Origin: Isurus oxyrinchus
Taxonomy: Eukaryota
NCBI GenBank assembly: GCA_026770705.1
Contig: JANJGN010000002.1
Location: 205,158,001 to 205,222,000 of the forward strand
Reading direction: 5' to 3'
Length of the DNA: 64,000 bases
Positions 62,801 through 64,000 of the stretch are shown here, piece after piece. Each line of letters opens with the position of its first letter. Positions within the stretch are counted from its first letter, which is position 1. A model generated the notes under the pieces. The model did no database searches. It was not told where the DNA came from and saw only the letters and a program-made list of their open reading frames with translations. The translations under genes were made by a program, and so were the position numbers.

Positions 62801-63369
62801 GGATCTGGGCACAAGTACACAGGAATTTTGTATTTATGAATCATTGGATTTGGGACAAGTGATACAATTAAAATATCTTGCATTCAATTACACAAAACGA
62901 CAAACGGTGGTATGCTCTTCTCCTGAGAACTCGCTGACTGTTACAAGGGATTAAAAATAATAAAGTAATACAAGTCAAAGACTGCAGGAACTCACACAAT
63001 TGATGTTACTGACTGTCATATATTTCTCTTTTCACTGTCAATTTTCTATAGTCATTATTAATTTTTTTTGTTAAATTTTTATTCTATAATTTTAGCTTTT
63101 TAAAAAGAAGATATCACAAGCTCTTAGGTTAAGTACAGCACAGCTAGATACAGGTAAAGCCCTCCTTTAATCACTAGAATGAACTTATCCCTTCACACAT
63201 AAGCAATTCCTTATGATCTAATCCAGTGAGATTGGTGTCAAAATTGGAGCAGTTTGTATTGTGAGGTGAGGCCCAATCACAACTAAATTGAGATTGTCCA
63301 AACTCTTTTGACTTATGACCTTTAGAACCAACAAAGGGGGGAAAAAAAAACTCTAATTGGCCTGGGTTA

Positions 63370-64000
63370 GGGTAGCCAACCCTTCAACGTTGTCCTGGAG
63401 TCTCCAGGAGTTAAAGATTAATTTCCTGAATACTGCTGTGAACAACCCAGGAGAAAAGGAGCACAAGAAGTTATTTTTTTCATTTTCTTTAAGCAGGTTT
63501 GTTTATTAGTTTTAAAATATATTGGAGATGGCAAAAAAAAACTGACTGAGTGAGGCAATTAGAGACGGGAGGTCATGTGATGAAACCTTCGGGAATTCTA
63601 TCAGTGCCATCATCAATCCCATTTGAAGACACACCTGGGTTTCATGCCCTACATCCTTTAATAACTTTGGATAACAAAAATCTGTCAATCGCAGATTTAA
63701 AATTTACAATTGATCTAGCATCAATTGCTGTTTGTTGAAGAGAATTCCAAACTTCTACCAACCTTTGCATGTGGGAGGGTTTCCTAATTTCACTCCTGAA
63801 AGATCTAGGTTTAATTTTTAGACTATCCCTCCCAATCCTAGATTCTCCAATCAGTGGAAATAGTTTCTATCTATCTATTCTATCTGTTCCCATTCATATC
63901 TTGAAAACTGTGATCAACTCATACCTAACCTTTTAAATTCCAGGGACCTTAGTTTGTGTAATCACTCCTCATACTTTAGCCCATGGGGTCCAGGTATCAT
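63370..64000. mobile_element. TIR-element end (AGGGTAGCCAAC...) followed by a minus-strand CR1 3' fragment running off the window
   Basis: From about 63620 the reverse complement gives degenerate CR1 C-terminal motifs (GELITVFKI...KLFPLIG.SR...RLVEVWNSL). Confidence 0.75.

Noticed and set aside
1-64000. CRISPR arrays, tRNA/rRNA genes, operons or other prokaryotic or viral systems
   Set aside because: None seen. The window is vertebrate DNA, and tRNA-like sequence occurs only as degenerate SINE heads.

Overview
Eukaryotic genomic DNA, most likely from a cartilaginous fish (shark). This is inferred from CR1/L2/Penelope/SacSINE1-type repeats and the Sox2 sequence. The only credible protein-coding gene is the intronless Sox2 (46208..47140, minus strand), with a recognisable promoter, TSS region, 3'UTR and poly(A) signal. 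From ~1 to 23.3 kb the window is dense with transposon relics, several of them nested. From ~23.4 kb onward it is almost transposon-free, and to ~60 kb it is AT-rich yet keeps its CpGs. This second part holds probable orthologues of the Sox2 enhancers N2/SRR1 and SRR2, further enhancer-like motif clusters, and splice-defined candidate exons of the host lncRNA Sox2ot. I found no evidence of a wholly new gene system. The best leads are regulatory: an SRR2 lacking the canonical Sox half-site, a Sox2ot exon chain with a possible recursive splice site, and a ~36 kb candidate methylation valley. Comparisons to mammalian or chick sequence are from memory and need alignment. Repeat boundaries are approximate.
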